A stretch of DNA of 64,000 bases from Octopus vulgaris (GCA_951406725.2 OX597814.1:176886001-176950000); one strand, 5' to 3'. Numbered from the stretch's first letter, positions 13,893-28,469 are shown. Notes: generated from the sequence alone by a model not told the origin. Program-made: numbers and translations.

Positions 13893-14783
13893 GAAAAGGA
13901 AGAGATATTGACATTTCGGACAATTTTTCAATTGTCAAGATAGGTAGACAAGAAAGGAAAAAAAAATCGTTAGTTATCAAGAAGAAGAAAAAAACAAAAT
14001 TGTTGGTTGCCAAGAGAGAGAGAAAGAGAGAGAGAAATGATTAGCCACCTAATTTCAATTGTATTTCCTTTGTTCATTTTCTCATCTCTTTCAGTGCTAC
14101 CACAATAATTTAGGTTGAGATGTGAAAGCAACAGAGGAAATGCAGTTGATAGATGTTATGTTAAGATGAAGTCTTAAATATATGTTAAAGTGCAACATTC
14201 TTTTTTGTCCTCTTATCCTGTTTGTTATTTCCTTTTTCTTTAGGAAGTGATTGAAGCACTTTTAATTGTAGGAAATAAATTATTTCTTTGGGAAAAGGTT
14301 TTTAATATTTGAAGTAATTGAAAAAAAAAATTCCTTTCTGAATATTTCTTTTTGTTTAATGATACTTGGACTTCTGTAAAAACTTACATCCTTGCATATA
14401 GTATAATGAATTTCTCACATTTTAAGGACTGGAATTAGTAATTTAGCAAACTATATAATATGTAACTGGTACTATATTTTATCAATCCCAGAAAGATGAA
14501 AAACAAAATTTACCCTGGTGAGATTTGAACTCAGAAAATAGACATAAACTGTAAGGTTTATCTACCTAACATAGTCAAGTATTGGAGTTGATGGTATTGA
14601 CTAACCCCCACTCCTTCAGAATTGTTGGCCTTGTGTCTAAATGAGAAACAATTATTATAAATCATAATTAAATGTAAACATTATTATCAGTCAGAGACCT
14701 CAAGAGACAACAAGCTAGAAGTTCAATTTGGTATTATACTAGAGTACCATATTTTTGGTTTTGCGCAGAGTATTGTTCTGGAG

Positions 14784-15096
14784 CAGAGGTTCTCAAACTT
14801 TTTGGGCTACCGCCCACCTCATGGCCACATAATACCCTCAGTGCCCCCACCCCTATTTTTATGTATAAATAAAAATTTTATATTTTACTAATTTATACTA
14901 TGAATCATTTGATATTTAATATAATATATAATTTGAATACAATACTATAATAATATTATAAATTCATAAGCACCCCGAATCCGCTGCCTTTCTCCCTAAT
15001 GCCTCCTTTTACTCTACTGCCCCCTTAGACACCAACACTCACTTGGATCCTCTCAACACCCACAGGGGGCAGTAGCGCCCACTTTGAGAACCTGTG
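14784..15096. mobile_element. hAT (Charlie-like) MITE
   Basis: TIR CAGAGGTTCTCAAA/TTTGAGAACCTGTG; 8-bp TSD TTCTGGAG/TTCTAGAG. Confidence 0.85.
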
Positions 15097-15784
15097 TTCT
15101 AGAGAGTGTTTGTCAAAACATAAGAAAATTATTATTATTGTTGTTGTTAAGGCAGTGAGCTGGTAGAATTGTAAGCACATTGAGTAAAATGCCTTGTAAT
15201 ATTTTGTCTTTATGTTCTGAGTTCAAATTGTGTCATGGTTGATTTGCATTTCATCCTATATATATATATGACTCAAGGCAGTGGATTGGTAAAATTATTA
15301 GATCATTGAATTCAAACCCCCACTGTGGTCAACTTCAGTGGTTGATAAAATAAAGTACCTGTCAAATATTAGGATTCATTCAACTGACTACTCCACGTCC
15401 CCTAAATTCTTTGCCTTTCATCCTTTTCTGAGTCAATAAACTTTAGGTACCACTGAGATACGGTTAATATATTTTAACTATTCCCTTACCTCAAAATTCA
15501 AAATTATTGTCATCATCATTATTATTATCATTATCATGGTGGCGAGCCGGCAGATTTGTTAGTATGCTGGGCGAAATGCTTAACGGCATTTCGCTTGTTG
15601 CTACGTTCTAAGTTCAAATTCTGCTGAGGTCAACTTTGTCTTTCATCCTTTCAGGGTTGATAAATTAAGTACCAATTACACATTGGGGTCAATGTAATCG
15701 ACTTAATCCCTTCCCCCAAGTTTAAGGCCTTGTGCTTCCAGTAGAAAGGATTATCATTGTTGTTGTTATTATTATTATTATTCA

Positions 15785-15995
15785 GTAGTTTTATTTTTAT
15801 ATCGTGCTTTCACTTCACTACCGAGCGTAGCTCTGTGTGCCTTGGGTATGTGTTGTGATTTGTTGTGGTGCTCTGATGGTTACTGTATTGAAAGTGTTTT
15901 GCGTAGGATGTGTGCAGTGCCCAGTAGTGCAATTTTCTGTATGTTATATGTGTTTGTAAGTCCTGGTGTTTTTGTTATGTATTTGTCTGAATATT
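15785..15995 (-). mobile_element. R4/Dong-like non-LTR 3' end
   Basis: NIQKIALLGTAHILRKTL then 3' UTR and (AAT)n tail, within TAA-type microsatellite. Confidence 0.75.
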
Positions 15996-16258
15996 TTTTT
16001 ATCATTATTATTATTATTATTATCATTATCATTTCTTTTTTTCCCTTTATTTTGTAGGATGGAAATTTTTGATGCTGGATAGTTAGTGAATCCAAAGACT
16101 AAAAAATGGAAAACCTTAAATATCCTTTCTTCAAATTTCTATGGTTGGAATTTCAACGGAAAAAAAATTATCCACTCATAATCAGAACAAATGAATGGAG
16201 AGGAATTCTCAAATAGTATCAAGAAATTCTAATTGGAAATATTCCCAACAAAGACCTT

Positions 16259-16389
<131 letters not shown>

Positions 16390-16624
16390 ATACACACATA
16401 TAATATATATTTTGTTATTTTCATCTGTTGTATAGTTTATTTCCTAATAATGTAACCACAGTCAGCTTCTTACAAAAAAAACAAAAGGAAAACAAACAAA
16501 AAAAACCCCCCAACTTATTCTGCTGTCATTGTTATCATTTGTTGTTTAATTTGTTGCCATTGTTACTCCATCACCAAGCTTTTATTTAGCTACTCTCAAG
16601 TACTGCAAGGTTTTACTTGTAGCT

Positions 16625-16838
16625 ATGGGGAGAAAACGATGTCCATTTTCACAGTCGACACTTCTTGGGAGAAAAGGATTTCAACTGATAAAGTTGATTC
16701 TGTTTCTGCTCTGTCTCTGTCTAGTTCAATCTGAAGAAAATTTTGCTGATATTTTGCAACAAAATCAGTGTAACATATCAACAAGTTCGGATCATCATCA
16801 TGTCCAAGTGGATTTCAGCACTTCTACTCTTGAAAACG
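16625..16838 (+). CDS. MBTPS1: Site-1 protease coding exon 1 (signal peptide, start of prodomain)
   Basis: ATG 16625, MGRKRCPF...LIKLILFLLCLCLVQS|EE (hydrophobic signal-like stretch) ...VQVDFSTSTLEN; donor G|GTAAG at 16839, phase 1; joins exon 2 to give EYIV as in S1P. Confidence 0.85.
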
Positions 16839-17554
16839 GTAAGAAACTTTTTTAAGTTTTGACCTTTTTTTTTTTTTTGATCAGGTATATCTAATGACTT
16901 CTTTTTCAGGAAAATAGTTACTTGTATGAACCCATTTCATAGCCATATAGTTAAGAAGTTTGTTTTGCATGGAAATTGTAGTTAAGACACCCGTGCCGGT
17001 GACACGTAAAATGCACTGTCCGAACGTGGCAGATGCCAGCGCTGCCTGGCTGGCGTCTGTGTCGGTGACACGTAAAAGCACCAACCGATCATGGCCATTT
17101 GCCAGCCTACTCTGGCCCCTGTGCTGGTGGCACATAAAAAACACCCACTACACTCACAGATTCCAAAGCTTATTCCAATTATTTAATTATGCTTGCAAAA
17201 GAAATAGTTAGGTATCAAACTGAATACTTTTGAGTATTTAGTGTCACTTCACTACACTTCCCCTAGTGTTATCTTTATGGAGTGGTTGGCGTTAGGAAGG
17301 GCATCCAGCTGTAGAAACACTGCCAAATCAGACAGGAGCCTGGTGCAGCCTCCATGGTTTCCAGACCCCGGTCGAACCGTCCAACCCATGCTAGTGTGGA
17401 AAACGGACATTAAATGATGATGATGATGGTTCCAAGTTTGATCTTGCTTCTTGGAAGTCTTGGGCAAGTGTTTTTTTTTCCTGATCACTATTGGGGCATG
17501 AGTGAAATTGGGACACAGAAATTTAATTAATTTATAGTTAATTTCTTTCACCTC

Positions 17555-19145
17555 AATGCTAAATCTTCTTGATAACCCGAAATTTTAACTTTATACGATA
17601 TGGCTATATTGTTTTAAATAGTTTTTAGAAATTAATTTTTTATCCCTTTCTTAAAGGGTTCCATCCTCCTGATCTTAGTATTTATATTGGCTTTTATACA
17701 AGCAGCCCTTCTAATTAAGTACCCCCAAGAAACTGATATCATGTATGGCTCAACACTAATAACTTTTAAAACCTATACTATGCTATATTATACCTCTTCA
17801 TTTAAAATTAGTATATAATTAGCATGTTCCTTTAAATGACAATATTCTTTTAACAAATACTGGGTATCAGTCTTGATTGTATTAAGTTAATCATCATCAT
17901 CATCGTTTAACGTCCGTTTTCCATGCTAGCATGGGTTGGACGGTTTGACCGGGGTCTGAAAAGCCAGAAGGCCGCACCAGGCTCCAGTCTGATCTGGCAG
18001 TGTTTCTACATCTGGATGCCCTTCCTAACGCCAACCACTCCATAAGTGTATTGGATGCTTTTTACGTGCCACCGGCACAGGTGCCAGGAGAGGCTAGAAA
18101 CGGCCACAATTGGTTGGTGCTTTTTACATGCCACCGGCATAGAATCCAGTCAAGGTGGTGCTGGCATCAGCCATGTTCAGATGGTGCTTTTTACATGCCA
18201 CCGTAAAAATAAACTATTTTTAATTCACAATACTTAAATTATTATAAATTTTATATAAATCTTCTCTATTGAGGTTAATTAAGTATATATTTTTTGGAAT
18301 GGTTTTAGTGATTAGGCTATCTTTATTCCTTTTCATTTTATTATTTTATAATAGCCTTTAATAAATCTAATCTTTGTACCCCTATTAAAGCATACTTAGC
18401 TTATATAAAACAATACCGTTATCTCCACAACTTAAAATAATTCAATTTAATTAAATTAGTATATGGTTAACATGTTCTTTAGTCTCAGTGCTCCTTTATT
18501 AAATACCAATTAAATTTCGAATTGATCAATCTCCACAGATACCATCTAATAAGTTAATATTTAGATAAATAATAAGTATATATATTAAACTATTTCTGTG
18601 TAATTTCCTTTCTCTCTCTATTGTGGTAAAATTTGGTATATACTCAAAGGTATTCATAGAAGTTGTTACCCTTTTGTTAGAATATCATTCTTAATCTTCT
18701 TGACTTCCCTAAATTTTAACTTTATACAATATGGCAGTATTGTTTGAAATGACTTTTAGAAGTTACTTGATTTATCTATTAAAGTGCTCTACCCTCCTGA
18801 TCTTAGTATTTATAAGGATCTTTATATAAGTAGCCCTTCTAATTAAATACCCCTAAGAAACTAAAAATATCATGTATTGAGTTACAATAATAACTTCTGA
18901 AACCTATAATATAACCCTTAGTTTTTAAAAATTAGTGTAAAATTAGAATGTCCCATAACATAAATATTTCCTTAGCTAATACCAGGTATCAGTCTTTATT
19001 GATATTAGCTATATAAGTAAATGTATAATTTTTAGTTTAGTATATTTTGAATTATTATACACTTTTTGTATATCTTCTCTGTTGTGGTTAATAAGCTACA
19101 TAAACTTTATCATGTTTTTAGTGATTAAGCTATTTTATTCCTTTT
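17555..19145. repeat. Diverged tandem duplication of an AT-rich sequence (split by a family C SINE)
   Basis: CCTCCTGATCTTAGTATTTAT, AGCCCTTCTAATTAA, GGTATCAGTCTT and TTTAGTGATTA.GCTAT each recur in the same order about 0.8-1.1 kb apart. Confidence 0.8.
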
Positions 19146-19783
19146 CTATGGTGTTCTGCCCTACCTGATTATTTTATTTCTTGCAACTAAACTGGCAGCC
19201 GTATTTAGTCTGCTTTTGGTAAGGGGGGAAATTTTTGTTGGTCATCCTAAGGGACAAAAGACGAAACCTATCAAAGAGTTGTTGAACTTGGTAGAACCAA
19301 TGCCCATCCAGTAGCTGGTAGTGAGAGCCCTCCATAGCCTTTGTTTAGATATCTGGTGCTGGAGCCACATAAAAAGCTCCCAAGTACACTCTATTAAGTG
19401 GTTGGTGTTAAGGATAGCCAACCAGTTGTCGAAACCATGCCAAAACAGACAATGAAGCCTGGTGCTGCTTCTGGCCTTGCCAGCTCCTGTCTAATCATCC
19501 AACATGGATGATTAGATAATGATGAAGCTGACTTTTGGAACATAAATAATTCTTAAAAAGAATTATGATGCCAAGTTTTAATTCAAATACAAATACCTAA
19601 AAATAGGACATGGTCTCATGCACATCACTTCATATAAAAGTTTCTAATCAGTAAACAATTATTGATCCAGTCTGTGTAAAAATCTTTGGTTTATTGATAA
19701 TTAAAATGTATGAATTTCTTTGTTCTTTTGCCTACCAATCATAATATTTGTAAGTATATTTTGTATAAAATTTGATTTTTCAG

Positions 19784-19935
19784 AATATATTGTGTCTTTC
19801 AATGGTTATTATAAATTTATGGCCCGGAAAAGGTTCATCGATGCAGCTTTGTATGATTCTGGCGTGATTTCTTGGAAGATTCTTCCCCGAGATAATCCTG
19901 CTCATGAATATCCTAGTGATTTTGATGTTGTTAAG
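19784..19935 (+). CDS. MBTPS1: S1P coding exon 2 (prodomain)
   Basis: ttttcag|..EYIVSFNGYYKFMARKRFI...WKILPRDNPAHEYPSDFDVVK|gtatgt; matches the S1P prodomain. Confidence 0.95.
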
Positions 19936-21441
19936 GTATGTAATATTTTTATGTTTATTTTATATATATATATATATTTTTTTTTTGGCTGTGTGGTAAG
20001 TAGCTTGCTAACCAACTACATGGTTCCGGGTTCAGTCCTACTGCGTGGCATCTTGGGCAAGTGTCTTCTACTATAACCTCGGGCCGACCAATGCCTTGTG
20101 AGTGAATTTGGTAGACGGAAACTGAAAGAAGCCTGTCGTATATATGTATATATATGTTTGTGTGTCTGTGTTTGTCCCCTTAGCATTGCTTGACAGCCGA
20201 TGCTGGTGTGTTTACGTCCCGTCACTTAGCGGTTCGGCAAAAGAGACCGATAGAATAAGTACTGGGCTTACAAAGAATAAGTCCCGGGGTCGATTTGTTT
20301 GACTAAAGGTGGTGCTCCAGCATGGCCGCAGTCAAATGACTGAAACAAGTAAAATAAAAAAAAATGAAAAATAAAATAAAATAAAAAAAAAAGGTGTAAT
20401 TTAATATGGTGCAGAACATTCTGGAATTGTTTGATTTGAAATTAACTTCATCAGTGTAATTATTCTACTCCTAAAATAAATAGCTCCATCTTTTGCTATT
20501 TTTAATTCAGTGATAATATTGAGGCACAAAAGGATCTCAGTTATAACCATGATTCAGTAGCTGGAAAAGAATTTAATTTTCTGGACTGTTAACTTCTACT
20601 GCCAGAAACAACAGACCTACACCTGCTCGCCTCCAGTCTGTTGTATGCAAACCATGCTAGTTTGAAAGCACTCTTAAATTAATAGTTTTCTAACTCTTCC
20701 TTTATTTTATTTTCCTTAATCTTGACAAAGGGTTCTATGCTTGAAATGTAAAAACAAGTTTTGTAATTCTTCATATAGCATAATATACTAATTTTGTTTT
20801 ATTGTTATTTTTCAAAATTATCTGCTGTAAATGGGTAACCCTGCAACAGAGTGGTGTTCTGTTCAGGGGGAATGTTAGCCTCAAAAAACACCAACAATGT
20901 GCAGAAGTACATTGTGACTAGCAGTGTATAACAACATATGACAGTCTAGTTAATAGTATGATATACATCTTTTATTTTTTTACTTGTTTCAGTCATTTGA
21001 TTGCGGCCATATTGGGGCACCACCTCGAAAATTTAGTCGAATGAACCAAACCTAGTACTTATTTTTTTAAAGCCTGGTATTTACTCTATCGGTCTCATTT
21101 GCTGAACCACTAAGTTGCAGGGACATAAAAACACACCAGCACTAGCTGTCAAGTGGTGGATGGTTGAAACAAACACAGACACAGAAACACTCAGAAACTC
21201 AGAAAGGCAAAGTGGTTGTCTCACTTATATTTTAAAGTCATCAAAAACTGAAAGCAGATTGTTTAAGTGGAGTTTGAAAAGTACTTTAAAGGGTTCTTCA
21301 TGAAATTATGGTAGGTTTCAATGTAAATATGAACACTTTAGAACAGACTGTTTCATATGGAACAATAGAAGGCCTTAAGTGAGTTAAGCATGGTGTTTTT
21401 TTAAGTTGTCTGTAATTTTGTTGTTTTTTTTTTCTTTGTAG

Positions 21442-21547
21442 ATCAATGATAAGAATAAAAATGGTGTTGATGCTCTATTGAACCATCCTGTTGTCAAAAG
21501 GGTCACTCCACACAAAATGGTAACACGATCTCTAAAATTTATACCAG
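21442..21547 (+). CDS. MBTPS1: S1P coding exon 3 (contains RSLK autoprocessing site B)
   Basis: tttgtag|INDKNKNGVDALLNHPVVKRVTPHKMVTRSLKFIP g|gtaag. Confidence 0.95.
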
Positions 21548-21679
21548 GTAAGATCTTTTTGAGAATTTTTAGTCAAATGAATTGACCCTAGTACTTATTC
21601 TTTTTTAAAGCCTGGGTACTTATTCTAGCAGTCTTATCCCTTAGTGGGTTAAATTCACAACCTCTAAATTTTTTGGAGT

Positions 21680-21713
<34 letters not shown>

Positions 21714-21861
21714 CATACAATGGGCTTCTTTCAGTTTCCATCTACCAAATCCACTTACAAAGCTTTGGTTGACCCAAAGCCATAGTAGAAGACCCATGTC
21801 CAAGTGGGATTGAACCCAGAACCATGTGGTTGGGAAGCAAGCTTCTTACCACATAGCCTCA

Positions 21862-21908
<47 letters not shown>

Positions 21909-22283
21909 GCCTGGGTTAGATGGAATTTATTGAGGTAGGCAGATTTTACATGGCCAGATGCCCTTCCTGTTGCCAACCCTCATCAGTTTTCAAACAAGGC
22001 AATATTTTCCCCATGACCAGACATGTTTTCACAGAATATTGGTTTTAAATTTTGGCACAAAGCCAGCAATTTTGGGTGAGAGTGTAAGTTGATTACATCG
22101 GTCCCCAGCACTCAAATAGCACTTATTTTATTGATTCTGAAAGGATGGAAGGCAAAGTCGACTCTGGTGGAATTTTACCGAATACTGGAAATGAATGACA
22201 TTCATTTATAACAACCAGATGATGTTAATATGAGGAAACACAAATATACACACACAGACAAATATGTATACACACATACATAA

Positions 22284-22668
22284 GCGCAGGAGTGGCTGTG
22301 TGGTAAGTAGCTTGCTAACCAACCACATGGTTCCGGGTTCAGTCCCACTGCGTGGCATCTTGGGCAAGTGTCTTCTGCTATAGCCCCGGGCCGACCAATG
22401 CCTTGTGAGTGGATTTGGTAGACGGAAACTGAAAGAAGCCTGTCGTATATATGTATATATATATATGTATGTGTTTGTCCCCCTAGCATTGCTTGACAAC
22501 TGATGCTGGTGTGTTTACGTCCCCGTTGCTTAGCGGTTCGGCAAAAGAGACCGATAGAATAAGTACTGGGCTTACAAAGAATAAGTCCCGGGGTTGATTT
22601 GCTCGACTAAAGGCGGTGCTCCAGCATGGCCGCAGTCAAATGACTGAAACAAGTAAAAGAGTAAAGAG
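22284..22668 (+). mobile_element. tRNA-SINE family B (representative copy)
   Basis: GTGGCTGTGTGGTAAG..GGTTCAGTCCC head, internal TA/TG microsatellite, GAAACAAGTAAAAGAG tail; copies at about 19987-20352, 39843-40245, 59090-59480 (+) and 43740-44100, 49727-50121 (-). Confidence 0.9.
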
Positions 22669-23514
22669 TATGTACACATGGCAAGCTTTTTTCAGTTTAC
22701 ATACCAAATCCACTCATAAGGCTTTGGTTGACCTTAATCTACTGTAGAAAGCATTTTCCCAAGTTGCCACTCAGTGGGACTGAACTTGAAACCAGGTGGT
22801 TGAGAATCCAACGTCTTAACCAGACAGCCTCACCTGCACCTATATATTTGTATATCTATCCTTTAAGTTCATTTACGGGAAATATTTTCAGCCTTGCTTG
22901 GCCCCCATGCCGGTAGCACGTAAAAGCACCATCCATTCGTGTCCGTTGCCAGCCTCGCCTGGCCCCCGTGCCGGTGGCATGTAAAAACACCATCCGTTCG
23001 TGGCCGTTTGCCAGCTCTGTTTGGCACGTAAAAAGCACCCACTACTCTCACGGAGTGGTTGGCGTTAGGAAGAGCATCCAGCCGTAGAAACACTGCCAAA
23101 TCTGACTGGGCCTGATGAAGCCTTCCGGCTTCACAGACCCCAGTTAAACCGTCCAACCCATGCTAGCATGGAAAGCGGACGCTAAATGATGATGATGATG
23201 CATATAAAAGCCCCTATTTTATTGTCGGCTACAGCCTAGTGATGCCAACTTGCCACAGCAGTTTTATGAGGTTGTACCAAGCTGTGTCAATATAATGTAG
23301 GATAAATTGAGACATTGCATCCTTTAAAACCACCATGCTTTGTGAAATTCGCTAACACTACCCTGTTCTCCATATGCATGCACACATGTATATCACGACT
23401 CTTACACTGTTCACTTTCCTGACTTTTGTACATAATTCTATGTACTATATATGCATATTTGATGAGTTGTAGTGCACCTGAGTCACTATACACAATAATT
23501 TCATTATTATTATA

Positions 23515-23704
23515 TAGCCTCCATGTACACCATGGAAGACCCCTGCATGTTGTCCATCATGCCTATTGAAGTCACCAGCCACAAAGAGACGGTCCCTGTC
23601 ATTCATCGATGAGGTAGTCTGCAAGAGGGTGTCATAAAATCGGTCTTTCTGTCCATCAGGTGGGGCATCGACCGAGATAATGGTTGCTGATCTATGATGC
23701 AGCA

Positions 23705-23705
<1 letters not shown>
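23515..23705 (-). mobile_element. LINE AP-endonuclease fragment (RTE-like)
   Basis: IISVDAP..QKDRFYDTL....LFVAGDFNRH.G....FHGVHGGY. Confidence 0.8.
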
Positions 23706-23748
<43 letters not shown>

Positions 23749-23857
23749 AATTATTTCTGTGACAGGCTGTATTGCTGCATGACTTATATTTACTGACAAC
23801 AGTTTTGTTTATATCGTTTCTCATCTTTATAGAAGTACTTTTGTTTTATCTCTGCAG

Positions 23858-23952
23858 TGAAGGAGAAAAAGAAAAATAATGCAACAAATAACAACTCAGA
23901 ATGGGCTTCAAACTTTCATATGTTGCGAAGATTACATCATAAAGGATTGTCT
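23858..23952 (+). CDS. MBTPS1: S1P coding exon 4 (poorly conserved prodomain linker)
   Basis: tctgcag|VKEKKKNNATNNNSEWASNFHMLRRLHHKGLS|gtaagt; phase 1 in, phase 0 out, as needed to join exons 3 and 5. Confidence 0.8.
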
Positions 23953-25531
23953 GTAAGTTGATTTTACTTGTTTGTTATTACATTTATTTGTGGGTGGCAG
24001 GTAACAGAATCAGTAGAGAAATGGATAAAATTCCTTGTAATATTTACTTACATGCTTTTACATTCTGACTATAATTCCATCCATTCATCTTCTCTGCTCA
24101 CTGTTCTTGGAAGAATTGTTGGGGTAGAGTCCTTTGGCACTTTATAGGATCCTGTCAGAAGCAACATCATTACATTTTTTGGCTGGATTCTCAAGCCCAA
24201 CCAACTTATATTATGGATGTTATCCAACCGTTTCATTCTTAGTCTACCATTAGGTCTCCAGCTAGTTGACTCAGCTTGTAGCATCTGTCTGGCAATTCTT
24301 TCCTGGGACATTCTAATCATATCTGTAGCATCAGAGCTGTGACATCTCAATGTGGAGAAGTAGTGGCTTGACGTGCTGCGACTCCCTGATCTTCGAGCTT
24401 TGTACCCTGTTGAAGTAATGTTACTCCAGTGACCCTTTGGAGTAACCCCACTTCATTTTGTCTCCTTGTATTTGCGATTCATCATCATCGTTTAACGTTC
24501 GTTTTCCATGCTAGCATGGGTTGGACAGTTCAACCGGGGTTTGGGAAGCCAGGAGGCTGCACCAGGCTCCAGTCTGATCTGGCAGTGTTTCTACAGCTGG
24601 ATGCCCTTCCTAATGCCAACTACTCCGTGAGTGTAGTGGGTGGTTTTTACGTGCCAGGCGAGGCTGGCAATGGCCACGATCGGTTGGTGCTTTTTACATG
24701 CCAATCATTACCCAATATTCATGACTAGGACCATGTAGTCAATATTGGGGAACCACTACAATTCCCTTTGAGAAATTAGGTTCATCATCATCATCATTGT
24801 TTAGCATCTGCTTTCCATGCTGGCATGGGTTGGACTGTTTGACACGGAGCTGTTCAGAGTCCAATTGTCTGTTGTGGCATGGTTTCTATGGGTCGATGCC
24901 CTTCCTAATACTAACCACTTAACAGTGTGTGGTGGGTATTTTTTTACATGACACCAGCACAGAGTGTGTTTTTGCAGCATGGGTGCTTTTTATGTGGCAC
25001 CAGCACCTGAAAAGACGAGCCTGTATCCAAGGGTGAGACAATGGTTTTACTAAGCTTGGCACATCTTATCATCATCATCATCATCATCGTTTAATGTCTG
25101 CTTACCATGCTAGCATGGGTTGGACGATTTGACTGAGGACTGGCGAACCAGATGGCTGCACCAGGCTCCAATCTTGATCTGGCAGAGTTTCTACAGCTGG
25201 ATGACCTTCCTAACGCCAATCACTCCGAGAATGTAGTGAGTGCTTTTACGTGCCACCGGCACGAGGGCCAGTCAGGCGGTACTGGTAATGGCCACGCTCA
25301 AATGGTGCTTTTTATGTGCTACCTGCACAGGAGCCAGTCCAGCGACACTGGCAACACAAATACAGCAAATCACCACATCTCCCGATCCCTTGTCATTTCC
25401 TCAGTGAGACCTGTTAACTTTAGCAGATAAAATATATTTTTCATTCAATATATGTTAGGGTTATTGTCAAAAACTTTATTTTTTTGTAGTTGAGTATTTG
25501 TTCTAATGATTTCTTTTTAAATTGTTTGAAG

Positions 25532-25600
25532 GGCACGTCAGTATTTTATCCAAAACATAATATGAAATCTCGGCAGTTACTAAGGGCAGCTCCTAAACAA
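25532..25600 (+). CDS. MBTPS1: S1P coding exon 5 (RQLL/RA autoprocessing site C)
   Basis: ttgaag|GTSVFYPKHNMKSRQLLRAAPKQ|gtaagt; aligns with vertebrate SSRRLLRAIPRQ. Confidence 0.9.
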
Positions 25601-28469
25601 GTAAGTTGTTTTTGACATGATATCTTTATTTTTGTAATATCTTTAATATCACTAGCATTTTGTTTTTATATATTTCATATCATGTTTGGTTTACAGGTGT
25701 CCAACAAGCCAAATTGCTAGCTCATGGCGTTCTATGGTGGTAAAAGTGACCTGAGATTGTCTGTGTAACTTGGTCAGAACAAACACCATAGTATAATTTT
25801 TATATGTAATATATATATATCATTATCGTTGTCATATATATGTATATATATATCTCAATGGGTGAATGAATTATCTTGTTTACCGTTAACATGGAAAATT
25901 CAATGAACCTTTAACCCTTCTCTTCCTACTATCTGCCTTTGACGTCAAATCTACTAACGGTTTTTTCAAATACTTAATAACGTTCTGTTTATCATGTAGG
26001 CAGTCATCGTAATTGTTATAATGTCTTGTTGTTGAGAGAGGCTCTCTTTCTTTCCTGATGAGAAGATGGCATTTTATTCCGTTTATTCCTTTGGAATAAT
26101 ACCATGTTGTCTTCGAAACATATGTCGAAAGTAAAGGTATTTTATTAACATCTTTGTTATGTACACACACACATACACATGTAACTGGAATGTTAGTTCA
26201 TGAATTATTTAATTATGCCATCTTACATGTATTTCAATGAAGTTTATGGCTTGGTTATGCAATTTGAACCAGGTTTTCTAGTTTTCTGATGTTTCATTTG
26301 CATAGACTTCATTTTGTCAGGGTCCGCTTTGCAGTTTTATCTTGTGATGTATAATGATGCATATGGAGTTCCGAATACTGGTTATATGTCATGCAATTTA
26401 AGTCAAACTATTCAAATATATATACTGTATGTATGAGTGTGTGTGTATAATTCTATACAAAAGGTATTGGTCAGTCTGAGATTATGGTGGAAAGACACTG
26501 CCCAACGTCATGTTGTGGAATTAAACATGCAACACTGTGGTTGTGAAGTAAATTTCTTCACCACACAAGCATGTCTATTCTGGTAGCATAACTAACTAGA
26601 GAGGTAACTGTTGTATTATTTTAATAGCATAAAATATTTAGGTAATTTTCCTTGAATCTACTAAAGATTTATGCCAATATTTGGCTGCATGAGATACTGT
26701 GGTCTATTGGGACATGGTTTTTGCTTGACGGGCTCCTTTATAAATGCTGAGAAATTAAGAAAGAGGGAGTTACTCCCCTTCTGTATGTAACAACAGCAAT
26801 ATGAATTAAACTGCAGACGTGTCATCATCATCATCATTTTCCAGTATTTTAAATCCAGGTTTTGTCCCCATTGACAGGGGTGGCCAGATCCACCTCAATT
26901 CCATAGCAACCCACCCCAAATTTGGGCTGGCTGGTGCCCATTCTCCTTTGTTATCACGAGGCTTTTTTGGAGCTGGATTTTCTATAGGGAGCATGCCCTT
27001 GCTTACACCCAACCTTAGTTTGTAGACCTGAGTGGTCCTGAGACCAAGGCTTCTACCACGATTTTTAAGAAATATGGTGGAAAACTAGCTCAGGAAGGTA
27101 GGGACGCTACTCCCTGAGACCATTTTCGGAGCCCCCTACCTAAATTGGCTGAATTGTTAAAAAGATTTTATTGCAGTCATGAAATTCCAGTTTTTTGAAC
27201 AAGGGTCATTATTCATAACCTTGGATTGATTCAAGTGTTGAGAGTGAAAAACGAAAACATTATAAAAACATGTCAGTTGGATTATACCCTTTTATTTCAT
27301 AGGTTTGGCCGTGTTACACACTGTGCAAACCTAATTCCGATTGAGAATTATGTTTAGGGTACATTTATCTTTAGAATATTTAACCCTTGGGAGTTATTTC
27401 TATGAGTAGGGAGTTTGGTTGATTGAATAATACTGTCTAAACTGTTAAAGATTTTCATCTACTTCTATAAATTTACAATAAAATTTTGTTTCATAAAAAT
27501 TATAAAAATGGCACATAAAAAAAATTTAATGACAACAAAATTAAAAGGAATCTCTGATTCAAAGATTTTTCTTGTTAGTCTGTGACTATACTATCGTTTC
27601 TTTATCATGTAGACCTCCTTGTGTATCAGGTATTCATCATCATCATCATCGTTTAACATGTGTTTTCCATGCTAGCATGGGTTGGACAGTTTGACCAGGG
27701 TCTGGGACGCCAGGAGGCTGCACCAGGCTCCAGTCTGATCTGGCAGTGTTTCTACAGCTGGATGCCCTTCCTAATGCCAACCACTCCATGAGTATAGTGG
27801 GTCCTTTTTACGTGCCACCGGCACAGGGGCCAGAGGAGGCTGGCAATGTCTACGATTGCCAGTCAAGGCAGTGCTGGCATTATATTAACTAAAGTGTTCT
27901 TTATAGTTTTTGAGATGGTAGAGGTAATTTGAATGAAATTTCACTGCTATTTTTGTAAGTTAAATGACCATGCCATACCTCTCACATTAGCTCAGGTTGA
28001 TATGTGTAATATTGATGAAAAGTAGATCAGTTTAAAGCTGGATGTTTGTATCACACAATCAGCAGTGGTCTCAGGTGGGTTGATATCAAAAGGGTTAAAG
28101 TCGTTAGCCAGGCTGACTGGCTTAGCCAAGTAAATTTACATAACTATACTCAGATGCAAACACAAGGGTTCTAGTTGTAAGATTTGAAATTGTGATGGCC
28201 TTTTGGTCACTAGTCCAGCAGCATTTGCCTTCCAGTCATATACAATCAATTTGTGAATCGGAGAAGTTGGCTCTGGAGTTGTAAGTTAAATATGAAACCC
28301 TGCCAAACCAAATACTTAAAGCATTTAGTCTGACCTCATATTACTGTAAACCATCTCCTCTGACTTTATGTACTACAAAATATTGATTTTGTTCTTAAAT
28401 ACAAATACTAAGTTTTTTCCTTCTAAATAAAAGTGAATATTACTAGTCTGCTTGACCTTTGATATATTA

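Noticed and set aside
17555-19145. Mitochondrial insertion (NUMT) or alternative-genetic-code gene
   Set aside because: No mitochondrial protein, rRNA or tRNA motif recognised; the in-frame stops are adequately explained by decay of AT-rich DNA
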